Positions 53,614 through 64,000 of a stretch of DNA of 64,000 nt are shown here, in pieces. Within the stretch, counting starts at the first letter, position 1, and every line of letters begins with the position of its first letter. Position numbers and translations under genes: made by a program. The notes beneath the pieces are model-generated. The model saw only the letters and a program-made list of their open reading frames with translations, was not told the origin of the DNA and ran no database searches. Location: contig OX337228.1 of NCBI GenBank assembly GCA_946965045.2, positions 5,084,001-5,148,000 of the forward strand. The letters are read 5' to 3'. The stretch is from Epithemia pelagica. Its lineage: Eukaryota; Protista; Bacillariophyta.

Positions 53614-56600
53614 TTAGAAGGCGTCCATCAACGCCTGTGCGGTTTTGCGCAAAAAGAACTCTCCATGTGGATAGCGAGCAACGGGTCGCAGCAATGCCTT
53701 GGCCTTGGCTTCGAGTTTGGCCCGAACCTGATCTTCCTCATCATGATAGTTGGCCAGTCGCCAACATATTTCACCAATCAATGTGTGGGCCTTCTTTTCC
53801 AGAGCATCCGGATAATCACTCGCAGTTTGTGCCAAGGCCCATGTTTCCATCTCCTGAATTGCCTCGTCGTCAAAGACATCGGATTCTACGAACGAAACAA
53901 ATTTAGAGGAATGGTCATTTGTTATTGATCCTCAGGTCACTCCTACACAGGAAGCAAGACTTACCTTCCATCATGATTAACTCAATGACATATGCAAGAG
54001 GGTTAAACAGTGGAACCCAGAAGTGAGAGTTGGATCCATGGTCATGAGACGGGTTAATGACGAACCGCTTCAAGAGCCAATCGGCGTCGTCAGCGCGATT
54101 GGTCAGGCGGAACACTTGAACAATGGGCAAGATGACGTTCATGCATGCATCGACATCCTGAGGATCCACAAGGGGCAGGTATTTCTCAATGACTGAATCG
54201 GCTTCAGCCTCGGCCCGTTCATGTTCCTCTAACAAGTAGTACCATTGTACACTTTCTGCTCGAGCCTCAATCACATAGTCTCGACCGTACTCTTGTGTCA
54301 TGTCCTTGGACCACTTCTCAATGTTATACACACTACGAACCTTCTCAATCACCGCACAGGCTCGATCAAGTTCTCCATGCCGAGAATAGAACACTGCTTG
54401 CATGCACATGGAACGACCAATATGGACCGTATTCTTACTGTTCATTGCTTCAGCGACAAACTTGTCGAGAAGCTTTTCTTGTTTTGACCTTGTCTTTGCG
54501 TCAAGTGCATGCTGACCCATGTAAAGCACGCCGAGGGATGAAATGATTGGAATCATCAAGCCTTTGCTTGCACTTGGAATTTTTGAAGCAGTTTGAATAA
54601 TACGATACGCATCCTCAAATGTCGTGATACCTTCTTTGTCGTCGCCAAGCTTCTTATGACAAAGACCCACTCGAACATGGAGTCGCAGGATCAAATCAAG
54701 GACAGACGGCTTAGCAGATACTTGTACCCACTCTTTTTCCGTCTCTTCCGACACGTTGACACTGTCAAACGACATTTCCAAGGCATCTTCGTAGAGTTCA
54801 AGACTTTGTGCGCACAAATCCCACTCCTCCAATCGAGAACCAACGGTAAGAGCTAGTGGTGCTGATTTGGAAAAGTCGCCACAAGATTTCCAGTGATCGA
54901 ACAGAGTCAACAAGCGGGAGATATCAGAGTCTTCGAGAATTGCCATCTGGTTCTTCTCCATGCTTTCGGCAATGATCCGGTGGAGCTCGATTTTTCTCTC
55001 GTTGAGCATCGTTCTCAACACGTTGTTCCTCCACATCGAGTGGCTGAACTGGAAGAATCGATCGGATACGGTCCGGAAGCCACCGTCAGAACCTCTGCTC
55101 CGATCAATTGTGTGTGTCTGGGTTTCGGAAGACTCGGACTTTGCTTCTGTCGAACCGGATTTGGTCGACATGGCATCTTCGTCGCTGCCATCTTCCTCGT
55201 CCTCTATTTGCTCAATCAGGATCAGTTCATCCACGGCCGTGTCGAGGGCACTTTCGATTTGTAGCTCCTCCATCTCAGGATGTACTTGAATGACATCCGA
55301 AAGTGCAAAGGACGATCCAAGGACGGCGCAGCTCTGTAAAACTTTTCGCACCCGAACATCCAAACCATCAAATCTGCATTCACCATTCCAATGTGAGAAT
55401 TCCGATGGGGAATCCTCAATCTTTCCAAGTATCTAGTATCACGTACCTGCTCAGGAAAGTCTCCTCCATAACAGCTCCCGTTTTGTTTGTTGAGGCAGCT
55501 CTCTGTTGATGTAGAGTATATGTTAGTACGGGAATACAAGGAATTGATTCTTTCGAGTAGCATCATTGCTCACCTTGTCTTTAAGCCCTGCTGCAGTCCA
55601 CTTAAGCATACCATCTTCGCCCAATTCGACAGTTTTCTTCCGTTTCATGTTCTCTAGCATTTGAACAACATAGACCGGGAGACCACCCGTTCGCTGGAAG
55701 ACTTCTGTACACATTGACTCGGGAATGGCCTTCTCCGAAAATCCTAAGACGACTGCCATCAGCAATTGAATTTCTGAAAAATCAAGCGGTAACACGGAAA
55801 TTTCAATCATTTGGTTTTGAATCTCGCCATGGCCATTTGCAGCAGTTGACAGGCGGCGTAGGGCCTGCTTGTCATGCGACCGCATGGCGCACAACATGAG
55901 CATTTTCTTGCTTCGTTTACAAAGAACACGGAAGATCTTCCAGCTGAATGAGTCCACCCACTGGAAATCGTCGATGAATAGTACAATCATGTCAGCAAAA
56001 TCAGCCAGGCAGATAAACCCAAGGGCGAGAAATTCAACCAATTCGTCCATTGTCGGAATGTGGCCATCAACATGCGTCACGGTACTTGCTCCTTCGAGGC
56101 CGAGAAATTGGGACCCGACAATGTCCGCATACTCATATGGGTAGTCAAGCTGCTCGCAAACCCAGCACAGCTTTTCAAAGTATGGAACCATTTTGCCTCC
56201 GTGTGAACGTGTGTCAAAGCTTTCTGTACTGGCATCGTCTGCTCGAAGCGCAGATGGTCTTGAACGCATTGCGTGAAGGGACGCGCCTAGGCGTGGAGTC
56301 CTATTAGAACGTTCTCTACCCATGCTGGGCCGGTGACTTGACTTCGACATGGGGCCCATCGAAGTGTCGACTTTGTTCCTTCGCTTGCCCATGAGATCCC
56401 CATGCATGGACATGCTATTGAGCGACATTGGCAACTGATCTCGAGACTGGCCTTTCGTATGTTGTGTGGACAAACCAGCAAGGTCCGCCGATATTTCACG
56501 CAAAGATTTACTAAAAGTGTCCAGATTTTCGCCCTTCTCTGCATTCTCCGCCGTCTCCGGTTGCATGGCGTTTTCGATTTGTTCGCGTTCTTCTTCCGAG

Positions 56601-59600
56601 AGTGCCTTCAGTCCTTTCGTTCTGCTCAATCCCGGTCGACTTTCGCTCGCAACAGATTCCATACCAGGCGACTCAGGAGGGATAGGATGTGTACGAGTTT
56701 GTCTGGATGAAAAGAACCGACTGGATCCTCTAGATCCAAAACTTTTGCTCCCGAAACTGGCAACGCTCGTATGGTCCCACATATTGTTTTCGTCTTGTTC
56801 ACAGAGGCTCCGAACGATGCTCACAAAGATTTTCCGATAAGAACTGTGACTGTATTAGAAAAGTTTTGTTCTCACAAGGGACTTGCACAATGGTGCTTAC
56901 CTGAGAGGAATGCGCTGCTCTGTCTCCGTGCTAGTGGACCGGGCAGTGACAATCACTTTAGTTTTTCCAATTGGGAGCTTTTTAATGTCACTACAAGCGC
57001 TGTTTGCAAGAGCGCTCTTGCCCATTCCACTCTCTCCCATAAGAAAAACCATGGAGCTTTGTGCCCCAGCGGGTTTCTCCAAAATTGCGTTCGCTGCTGC
57101 AAGAATCGCCTTCTTTTCCTCTTTTCTCCCGGTGAAGGGAAAAGATGATTTCTTCTTCTTTGTCACAGCTACTGCATCCGATGGCTCCAGAATCGGAACT
57201 GGTTTATCGTATCCTTTTGCTTTCACAGGAGGTAGACTCTTGAAGACGAACCGCCCATCGGCTTGCGACCTTACTGCTTCGTCAACGAGAATTCCATTGT
57301 TACCTGCTCATCGATATCAAGGGCAAAGCTTTAGAATCAACCGAAGGTATGACGGAGTCCTGGTGGTATCCCGCAAAATGTTTTGGATAAACCAAGGCGG
57401 GAAGATGCTGTTTACTTACCTTTTGAACCCATTAATCTAGCAGCAAGATTAACGGGAGCACCCATCACAGCAAATTCATGTCGGTGAATCCCACCAACCA
57501 CTCCACAATAAGCTTTCCCAAATGTAGCACCAATTCGATTTTCGATCCCGACTTCATTTTTGAGAGCACGGTGAATGGCAAAGGTCGCAGGAAGCGCATT
57601 ATTTGACACCATATTGGGGAATGTAGAACCCCTGAGCCCAAACGTCGCAATAAGTACAACACCTTTGTCATCGACAATGAATTGACGAAGGTGACCGCTG
57701 TATCTGTCCAACTCCCTTGACGTTACATGCATCGTGTCCGCCAACTTTTGATACAGTTCGGCGTCCACTTCTGGAATACCAGTAACTTTGGGAGACATGA
57801 TGGCTTTGACGAATATTGTGAAAACAGACCGCAACTCGGCCTCTGCCCTGTGTCTCCCCTCGACTGTTTCTGTCGGTTGGGAGATTTCACCGGCTTGAAT
57901 GGCTGCTGATAATGCGAGCTCTGTTGAACGGATGACCGGGTGTACATAGAGAGCCATTTGAAGATGCAAACGTGCCAAGGCACTTTCGTTCAATGACCTA
58001 CAGTGCATGCGTAATGATTCGTACGGCTGCATTGAGATTTCTTTCTCTGTTTGAAGAATGGCCTCGACCATGGGATCGAACTTAAGGTAGTTTGTTTGTT
58101 TGTTTGCGATGCAAACCGGCTGCGAATGATTTTTGAACATCATGTCACAGCAATATGTAAGTGACTGCATCGCTTCTGGAGATACCATTACTTGTCCGGG
58201 ACTGGCCACATCGGTAGCTCTAGCAACCTGACGGAATAGAGACGCTCCAATTAGATGGTTTTTTATTGACAGCATACTTGACATGGTACGTGACAATGGC
58301 TTACCTGGTCAATGGGCTCTCCAAGTATCAGGAATTCACGTCTAAGCTCCACCGCCTCTTCTTCTTGGTCTTCTTTGTAGTCGCCAACATGAAGACCAAC
58401 AATATGGCCCATCCCAATACCACAATGCACATTGAGCATTGCGTCGCTCGCATTTCCCGATGTCATGACGTTGTAGTCGCTGAATTTCTCTACAATGGAA
58501 ATTGCACATTTTGAGGCACTGAGGACACATCTCGAAAGAGGTGGAATCTCATCCGTGTCCCATCCATCCGGATCATTAGGACTCATGGAAACGAGGGAGG
58601 CGTTGAGATCGGATAAGGGAGTTTTGGCCTTTCCATGGTCTGGACGAGTTTCGTTGGCAACTTTCCATTCGGCAAAAAAAGCATCACCCGCAAACTTGAG
58701 AATATCACCACCGAACTGTAAGACCTCACTGACAATCATATCAAAGTAGGAGTTGATGACTTTGGAGAGTGATTCAACGTCAAGCATGGTTGAAAGCTTG
58801 GTAAATCCAGACATGTCAACAAACAAAAGAGCACATTGGCGTTCTACGTCCTTTGGCAAGTTGATCATGGGGTTTGATATATTTCTTCTTTGGATGCGCA
58901 TCATATTTTCCGAGAAGTTTGTCCCGTAGTTGTCTTGTTCAGAGAAGTTTGTCTCGTAGTTGTCGTGTTCGGTTCCTCCTCCATCATCCGAGAGTGAGCT
59001 CAAACTCCCATCGTCGTCTTCTGGCTCGGAATCCATGTCGGGCAAGAGTCCTTTGGATGTCATTTTCAGCTTTTTTCGAGAATGATGCGATCGCCCTTCC
59101 ATATTTTCCAATCTCCACAAATCAATCTCGTGCGAAATTAGATCCTCAAGCACAGTTCTTGGTGTGTGAAAGGAAAACCACACAAGACTTTCCACCATTT
59201 GTTCGTTTTTGGGAGAAATTCTCTTTTGGTCCGCCTCACTACCAGGAACCACACTGGCGGATGGCAAAGACTTGTTTGATCTTTGTCCTTCTTCGCCTTT
59301 GGCTGTTGCCATTGAGGGCCGTCGCTGAGGCTTGTACAGTTCCTTTTCAAGCTCGTCAACATCCATAGAGTGGGTGGATGCCTCCGCTCTGGAACCCACA
59401 GACACGGTCGAATGCATCGATTCCACCGTGTAGCTACTGCTAATGGATGAAATGGAAGATCGCCGTTGAACTCTTCCGGGTTTTGGTTTGAGATTTTTCT
59501 TCTTGGTAGCAAAACTGTCCTTGAGTTCGACAAGTGTCACTTTCATGCCAGCATTTGTTTCATCGTACTGGTGTACCTTGGCCAGTTGTTCGTTGAGTTG

Positions 59601-60293
59601 TTTGATACTTTCCGCCTTGGAGACGGTGCGACGAAGGGTACCTCGACGAGGACTTCCGGTGGAAGCCTCATCGCTATACCCCTCATAGCTTGTACTCAAT
59701 GGTCGATCTTCCCCACCTCGGCCATTACCCTCGACTGCTCCGTAGCCATAGAGTTCCGTTGGCTTGTATCCAGAAGAATGAACCCGCTGCGGAGCTCGCT
59801 TTAAATAGTTTAGTTGTTCCTCTGCCATTGACGCCTCCGATACATAGCTTGTACCACTTCTGCCAGAATCATCGGACGAAGGCAAGGCTGTCCTACCTGT
59901 TCGATCATCTCCGCTACTGGAATACGATGGAACAAAGGACGTTGATGCGCGTCGGGATACTCGTTTAAGCACCTTCCCTCTGCCAGGGCTTCCCATTGAG
60001 CCGTCCGAAGGGTTACTTGGGCTGCTCGGATACTGTTCAAGGACTTTGGATACACTCCCTACATTGTCTCCTGTTGCATGGCTGTTTGCATCGAGAGGAG
60101 GAACGTAGTTGGTCATGGATGCTCGTCGTGGCACTTTTCGGACACCAATTCGGATTCGTTCTTGACTGCCACTGTTGTTCGACCGTTCCGTACGAGCACT
60201 GCCTCGGTTGCTCGCCTTGGAACGATTAGATCCATCTGCGTCTCCTCTAGGGACGAAATCGGCAAGCGAATCAATCGATATCGTCGTTGCCAT
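53614..60293 (-). CDS. Soluble adenylyl cyclase-like protein (two class III cyclase domains, STAND/AAA NTPase, helical C-terminus), multi-exon
   Basis: C1: LLFVDMSGFTKLS and ILKFAGDAF. C2: FIVDDKG, GATFGKAYCG, VMGAPVNLAARLM. Then FTGRKEEK, Walker A GESGMGKS, Walker B LFIDDFQWVD, and RTGGLPVYV. Spread over ORFs 58263-60431, 57412-58296, 56897-57226, 55523-56824, 53915-55363 and 53614-53850. Confidence 0.9.
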
Positions 60294-60755
60294 GGTTGCT
60301 TGCACATTCGGTCTTCCCGCCCGAGGGGAAATGCACACCGGAAATACCAACGCCCAACAACTTTTCTTTAGTTTGTGATGGTTGGGCTTTCCGCACAAAG
60401 GATAAGGGATTGGTTGGGGAATGATGGACACTTTGAAGGCAATACAGAAAACAATCTTACAGGAACATTTAACCGCCGGCGGACATCTCCTGGTACACGA
60501 TTATGGGCGTCTTCGATCGGAGCCGTTGGGCTTTTTCGATTTGTGACGGTCATTTATCGAAGGGCTTAAGCAAAGTTTTCGGTGTTTCTTCAAGCTTAGA
60601 ATTTACTTCTACCAGGTTTTCCTCTAGTTACGAGTACGAGTACCTAGCTATGTAGTCATGTTCTGGAGATGCACCTGGATCGTTGGTGGGGTTGTGCGGA
60701 TGAGCAACACCACCGGATATCGCAAAAAGATTTTCGTGAACGAGTCGGTGTGACC

Positions 60756-61961
60756 ATGTGGGCAGGATCAGCTGGAATGCCTCTCCCTGGGGCCGGTGGT
60801 GGCGCCGCTGCCTATCGCGGCCCTGGTGCGACGATGCACTCTCAATCTGCAGCAGCAGGTGCTAGCGGAGGTGGGACAAATCCCAAAAATGATATTTTTG
60901 TGGGAAACTTGGCCTTCAACACGACCGAAGAACAACTCTTGCAAGCCTTTTCTGAAATTGGACGTGTCTTAAATGTTCGACTGGTGACGGACATTGAAAC
61001 AGGCAAGCCGCGAGGATTTGCATTTGTTGAGTTTGAAGATCCTCAGGCGGCACTGTCGGCAATCCGCAACATGAACGACTACGAATTGAATGGACGTCGC
61101 TTACGGGTCAATTTCAGCAATTCATCTCATCTTGAAGTGTTGGCGGGAAAACTCGGAATGGATCTGTCGCATCAAACTCAACGGTCTACCAATAAAGGGG
61201 GTTCTTCTGCTGCTGGTCCGGGAGCAAGCGGTGCAGGGACATCCGTGGTCGCAGATGCTTTGAAAGGCTTCTCGAAAGGCGAGGCCTACGATGTGATTGC
61301 CAAATTAAAGGAAACCTTGGATCGTGATCCTGATGAAGCGCGGCGTCTCATATCGGGTCATCCGCAACTACCCGAAGCACTCTTATTTCTTATGAGCAAC
61401 AAACTCGACATGGTCAAAACTCCCATTCCTTCTTCTGATGCCGTCTTGCCTGCCATGGCAACCACCACGGCGGCGACACCGACCAACAACGCCGCATTGG
61501 CTGCAACCTCTGCTGTAACGACGGGTCGTGCGGCCGATCCTCGGGCACGAGCGGACCCTCGAATGGCAGCCGTGTCCACAGGTGTTGCACCCACGGCAGC
61601 TGCCCCTTCTTCCGCCGTCCCTCCGGTTGCCGCTCCACCTCCACCCCGGGTGGATCCTCGCCAACGATTGGACCCTCGGATCAAACAAGAAACACAATCG
61701 CAGCAACAACCCTATGCTCCTCCGCCCATAACACAACCGCGACAGCCACAACAACAACCACCTCCCCCTCCACCACCCATGGGGCACATGGGACAACAGC
61801 AACAACAACAATCTTACGGTAATGCTCCTCCACATTTAGATGCTACACTGGTTCAACAGGTCATGTCTTTGACCCCACTACAAATTCAGCAGCTGCCGCC
61901 TGACAAACAGCAGAGTATTCTCCAATTGCGACAGCAAATTACAGGAGGGCACGGGATGTAA
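60756..61961 (+). CDS. CSTF2: Cleavage stimulation factor 64-kDa subunit (Rna15)
   Basis: RRM (IFVGNLAFNTTEEQL...KPRGFAFVEF...SAIRNMNDYELNGRRLRVNF), hinge (EARRLISGHPQL), and C-terminal QQVMSLTPLQIQQLPPDKQQSILQLRQQI. Confidence 0.88.
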   Translation: MWAGSAGMPLPGAGGGAAAYRGPGATMHSQSAAAGASGGGTNPKNDIFVGNLAFNTTEEQLLQAFSEIGRVLNVRLVTDIETGKPRGFAFVEFEDPQAALSAIRNMNDYELNGRRLRVNFSNSSHLEVLAGKLGMDLSHQTQRSTNKGGSSAAGPGASGAGTSVVADALKGFSKGEAYDVIAKLKETLDRDPDEARRLISGHPQLPEALLFLMSNKLDMVKTPIPSSDAVLPAMATTTAATPTNNAALAATSAVTTGRAADPRARADPRMAAVSTGVAPTAAAPSSAVPPVAAPPPPRVDPRQRLDPRIKQETQSQQQPYAPPPITQPRQPQQQPPPPPPPMGHMGQQQQQQSYGNAPPHLDATLVQQVMSLTPLQIQQLPPDKQQSILQLRQQITGGHGM

Positions 61962-62262
61962 ATTCTACCATGTCGGGAAACCTATATGCTCTCAAGCTAG
62001 TTTACTTCAATAAACGTTTTCTCCGATTAAAGTCAAAGATATTTCACTACTCCTAAGAACAATTGAAAAATTCATCCTAGGTCTACTGAAAAGGTCTGGC
62101 TCCGAGTAGCATATCACATTTGAGAGCTCGCTCTTTGAAATGAAAGGACTTGGTACGGCTCTTCAAAGATCTAATCATTTGTACAGCCAGCCATGCGACA
62201 GTACAACGTTCTATGCACATAACCAACGATAGACCATGTCTGCTGGTGAACATGCCAATATT

Positions 62263-62739
62263 TTACTTTTCAAGCATTTCTTGAAGGGCTCCACTTCTTG
62301 CAGCGGCTTGAAGCTTGTCATTACCGCCGACGTGTTCACCATTGATAAAGACATTGGGGACCGTTCTTTGACCAGACATGTCAAGGAGAGCGGCTTGAAG
62401 GGACGACCCATTGTCCATTTGATCAAGTTCGTGAAGGGTATATTCCACGTTCATGTCCGTCAACAAGGACTTTGTCGCTGAGCAAAAGGGACAATAAGAC
62501 TTGGAAAACACGACAACCTTGTTGCTGTCGATTTCCGCTTGCGCAAAGTCAAGTTCACTCGACGTTGAAGGCAATGGAGAGGACGACATCATGCGAGCAG
62601 TATTGAAGGCAGGACGGGCAGAAGCAGCACCAAGGACTTGAACAAAAGTGGGTCTTGCCAAACCACGAGAGACAACGCCAAAAGCCATTGATGGAGAAGA
62701 AATGGCCGCAAAAGAGAAGAGGCTAAAAAAGGTTTTCAT
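62263..62739 (-). CDS. Dithiol glutaredoxin with a bipartite plastid-type presequence
   Basis: Signal ending SMAF. VVVFSKSYCPFC, QRTVPNVFING, GGND. Confidence 0.93.
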   Translation of the reverse strand: MKTFFSLFSFAAISSPSMAFGVVSRGLARPTFVQVLGAASARPAFNTARMMSSSPLPSTSSELDFAQAEIDSNKVVVFSKSYCPFCSATKSLLTDMNVEYTLHELDQMDNGSSLQAALLDMSGQRTVPNVFINGEHVGGNDKLQAAARSGALQEMLEK

Positions 62740-63029
62740 TGTGGGTCAGACAACTTTGTTTCTTATGGAAGGAGAGTAGTGAAAGTCATACATCAAAAAT
62801 CGAAACGTATGGCACTGTTGGTTGTTGGTCGATACGTGGTTCGGAATTCGCGTGTTCTCAAGTTCGAAGGCGCAAGAATCCGTCAGTGCAGCGCCCGTAT
62901 GACGTATGAGGGTATCAGTCGGACACAAAAAAATGAAGACTGCAAGACGGGCCATGTCCCGAGTCCCGAACCAACAAAGGTACCTACCCTTATACAGGAG
63001 TCAAAACACCACACCTAATATCCTAGAGA

Positions 63030-63326
63030 GGAGTACAAAAAAAGTGCTGCAACTTTGTCCAGAAGCAATGATGGTTTGAGAAATTGCGAGCTTATCACTA
63101 ACACCTACGCTTGTAGTGAATTGACATTGGCCTTTTCAGTTTTGAAGTCGCTAGCCTTTGTGGCTGCTAGGGAGATATTAGGAAGTACAAACAGTGCTGC
63201 AACTTAGTCCAGAACGATGGCATGAGAAATTGCGAGCTTGTTCGTACCACCTCTACTCTTTGGTCTGTTCAGTTTTGAAGTCTCGATGACAAATCGCAAT
63301 CATATTGCCTCTAGCCTTTGTGGCTG
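63030..63326 (+). repeat. Imperfect tandem direct repeat of about 140 bp
   Basis: Copies at about 63030-63166 and 63181-63326 share agtacaaa-agtgctgcaact-gtccagaa, tgagaaattgcgagctt, ttcagttttgaagtc and ctagcctttgtggctg in the same order. Confidence 0.85.
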
Positions 63327-63386
63327 TGCAGTCTCGAGGATCATTAGACAGTGAACTCCATTCATATTTTTGCTGTATTCTTATCT

Positions 63387-64000
63387 CTATTTTTTCTTGA
63401 GCATTGAAGAAAAGAAACCAAGCGAACTACTCAAACCTAGTCCACCACTAGATTCTTGGCGTTGTTCCTCTTCTTCTTTTTCTTTCTTGAATGCCCCCTT
63501 CATCTGAAGATCGGCCAGAGTACGATCTGCCTGGATCGGAAGAAGCGCAAATCGGCGTGTGGAAGAAAGAGGGGTGTAACAGAAGGGCTGTTGCTGTCCC
63601 GAGGATGCGCTCATACCACCCATGTCGAGTTCTCCAGCTTGGGAGACTGAGGAAACACTGGATCGGGCTCCAAACAAAGAGGATAAAAAAAGATCACAGG
63701 ACTCGTCCACTGAACGATTCTTCTCGGAAACTATGTTTGGAAGCGACATCAATGTTGATCGACTCACGCTCTTTGAAAGAACTGCATGTACCTTCCTAGA
63801 GAGCCCGTCTATGTCTTCCAGCGCCGCGTTGTCAACACGAGCCTCCCTGTTTGCGTTTCTCTCAACAAAACAGTGCTTCACAAAAGCTACGTCAACATAG
63901 CACTGCATCTTCGCCGCGCCATTGACCTTGTCCATTGCACTGTTCGACAAGGAATCTCCCCATACCATGCATATGGATGACAAGGATCGACGAAGCAATG
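63387..64000 (-). CDS. 3' end of a gene running off the window; possibly COG1 (conserved oligomeric Golgi subunit 1)
   Basis: Open frame from the window edge. MQCYVDVAFV resembles the QLLFDxxFL motif and TRRFALLPI resembles the COG1 C-terminal RFxxLPI motif as recalled. Confidence 0.5.
   Translation of the reverse strand, partial: LLRRSLSSICMVWGDSLSNSAMDKVNGAAKMQCYVDVAFVKHCFVERNANREARVDNAALEDIDGLSRKVHAVLSKSVSRSTLMSLPNIVSEKNRSVDESCDLFLSSLFGARSSVSSVSQAGELDMGGMSASSGQQQPFCYTPLSSTRRFALLPIQADRTLADLQMKGAFKKEKEEEEQRQESSGGLGLSSSLGFFSSMLKKK

Noticed and set aside
1-64000. tRNA, rRNA, CRISPR or prokaryotic operon-like systems
   Set aside because: No such signatures were seen. The gene structure is eukaryotic with spliceosomal introns.

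Overview
Gene-dense eukaryotic chromosomal DNA, most likely from a pennate diatom. This is an inference from short GT-AG introns, signal-peptide/AF bipartite plastid-targeting motifs and DUF6824-type genes. About 26 host genes are present: SF3B3, ALG13, ETFB, a LOG-family protein, a two-pore K+ channel, REEP/HVA22, GGPP synthase, ELP6-like, nucleoredoxin-like, a plastid methyltransferase, TRAPPC2, dynactin p62-like, PurK-PurE (ADE2), a soluble adenylyl cyclase, CSTF2, glutaredoxin and several hypotheticals. The standout is a complete-looking 9,724-bp DNA transposon at 31596-41319, bounded by 34-bp terminal inverted repeats (31/34 identical) and a TA target-site duplication. It encodes an uninterrupted 1088-aa IS630-Tc1-mariner-like transposase with a very long (about 250 aa) D-to-E spacer. 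It also carries a 949-aa protein fusing a SET domain to a 2OG-Fe(II) dioxygenase-like domain, plus two orphan ORFs. It inserted into a divergent host promoter. Secondary signals are a recurrent intergenic 8-mer (TACTCCTA/TAGGAGTA), a Tudor-like domain shared by two unrelated genes, a K+ channel with a non-canonical GFC filter, a GC-AG intron and a Crinkler-like REase-fold gene. All domain calls come from motif recognition by eye; no database search was run.
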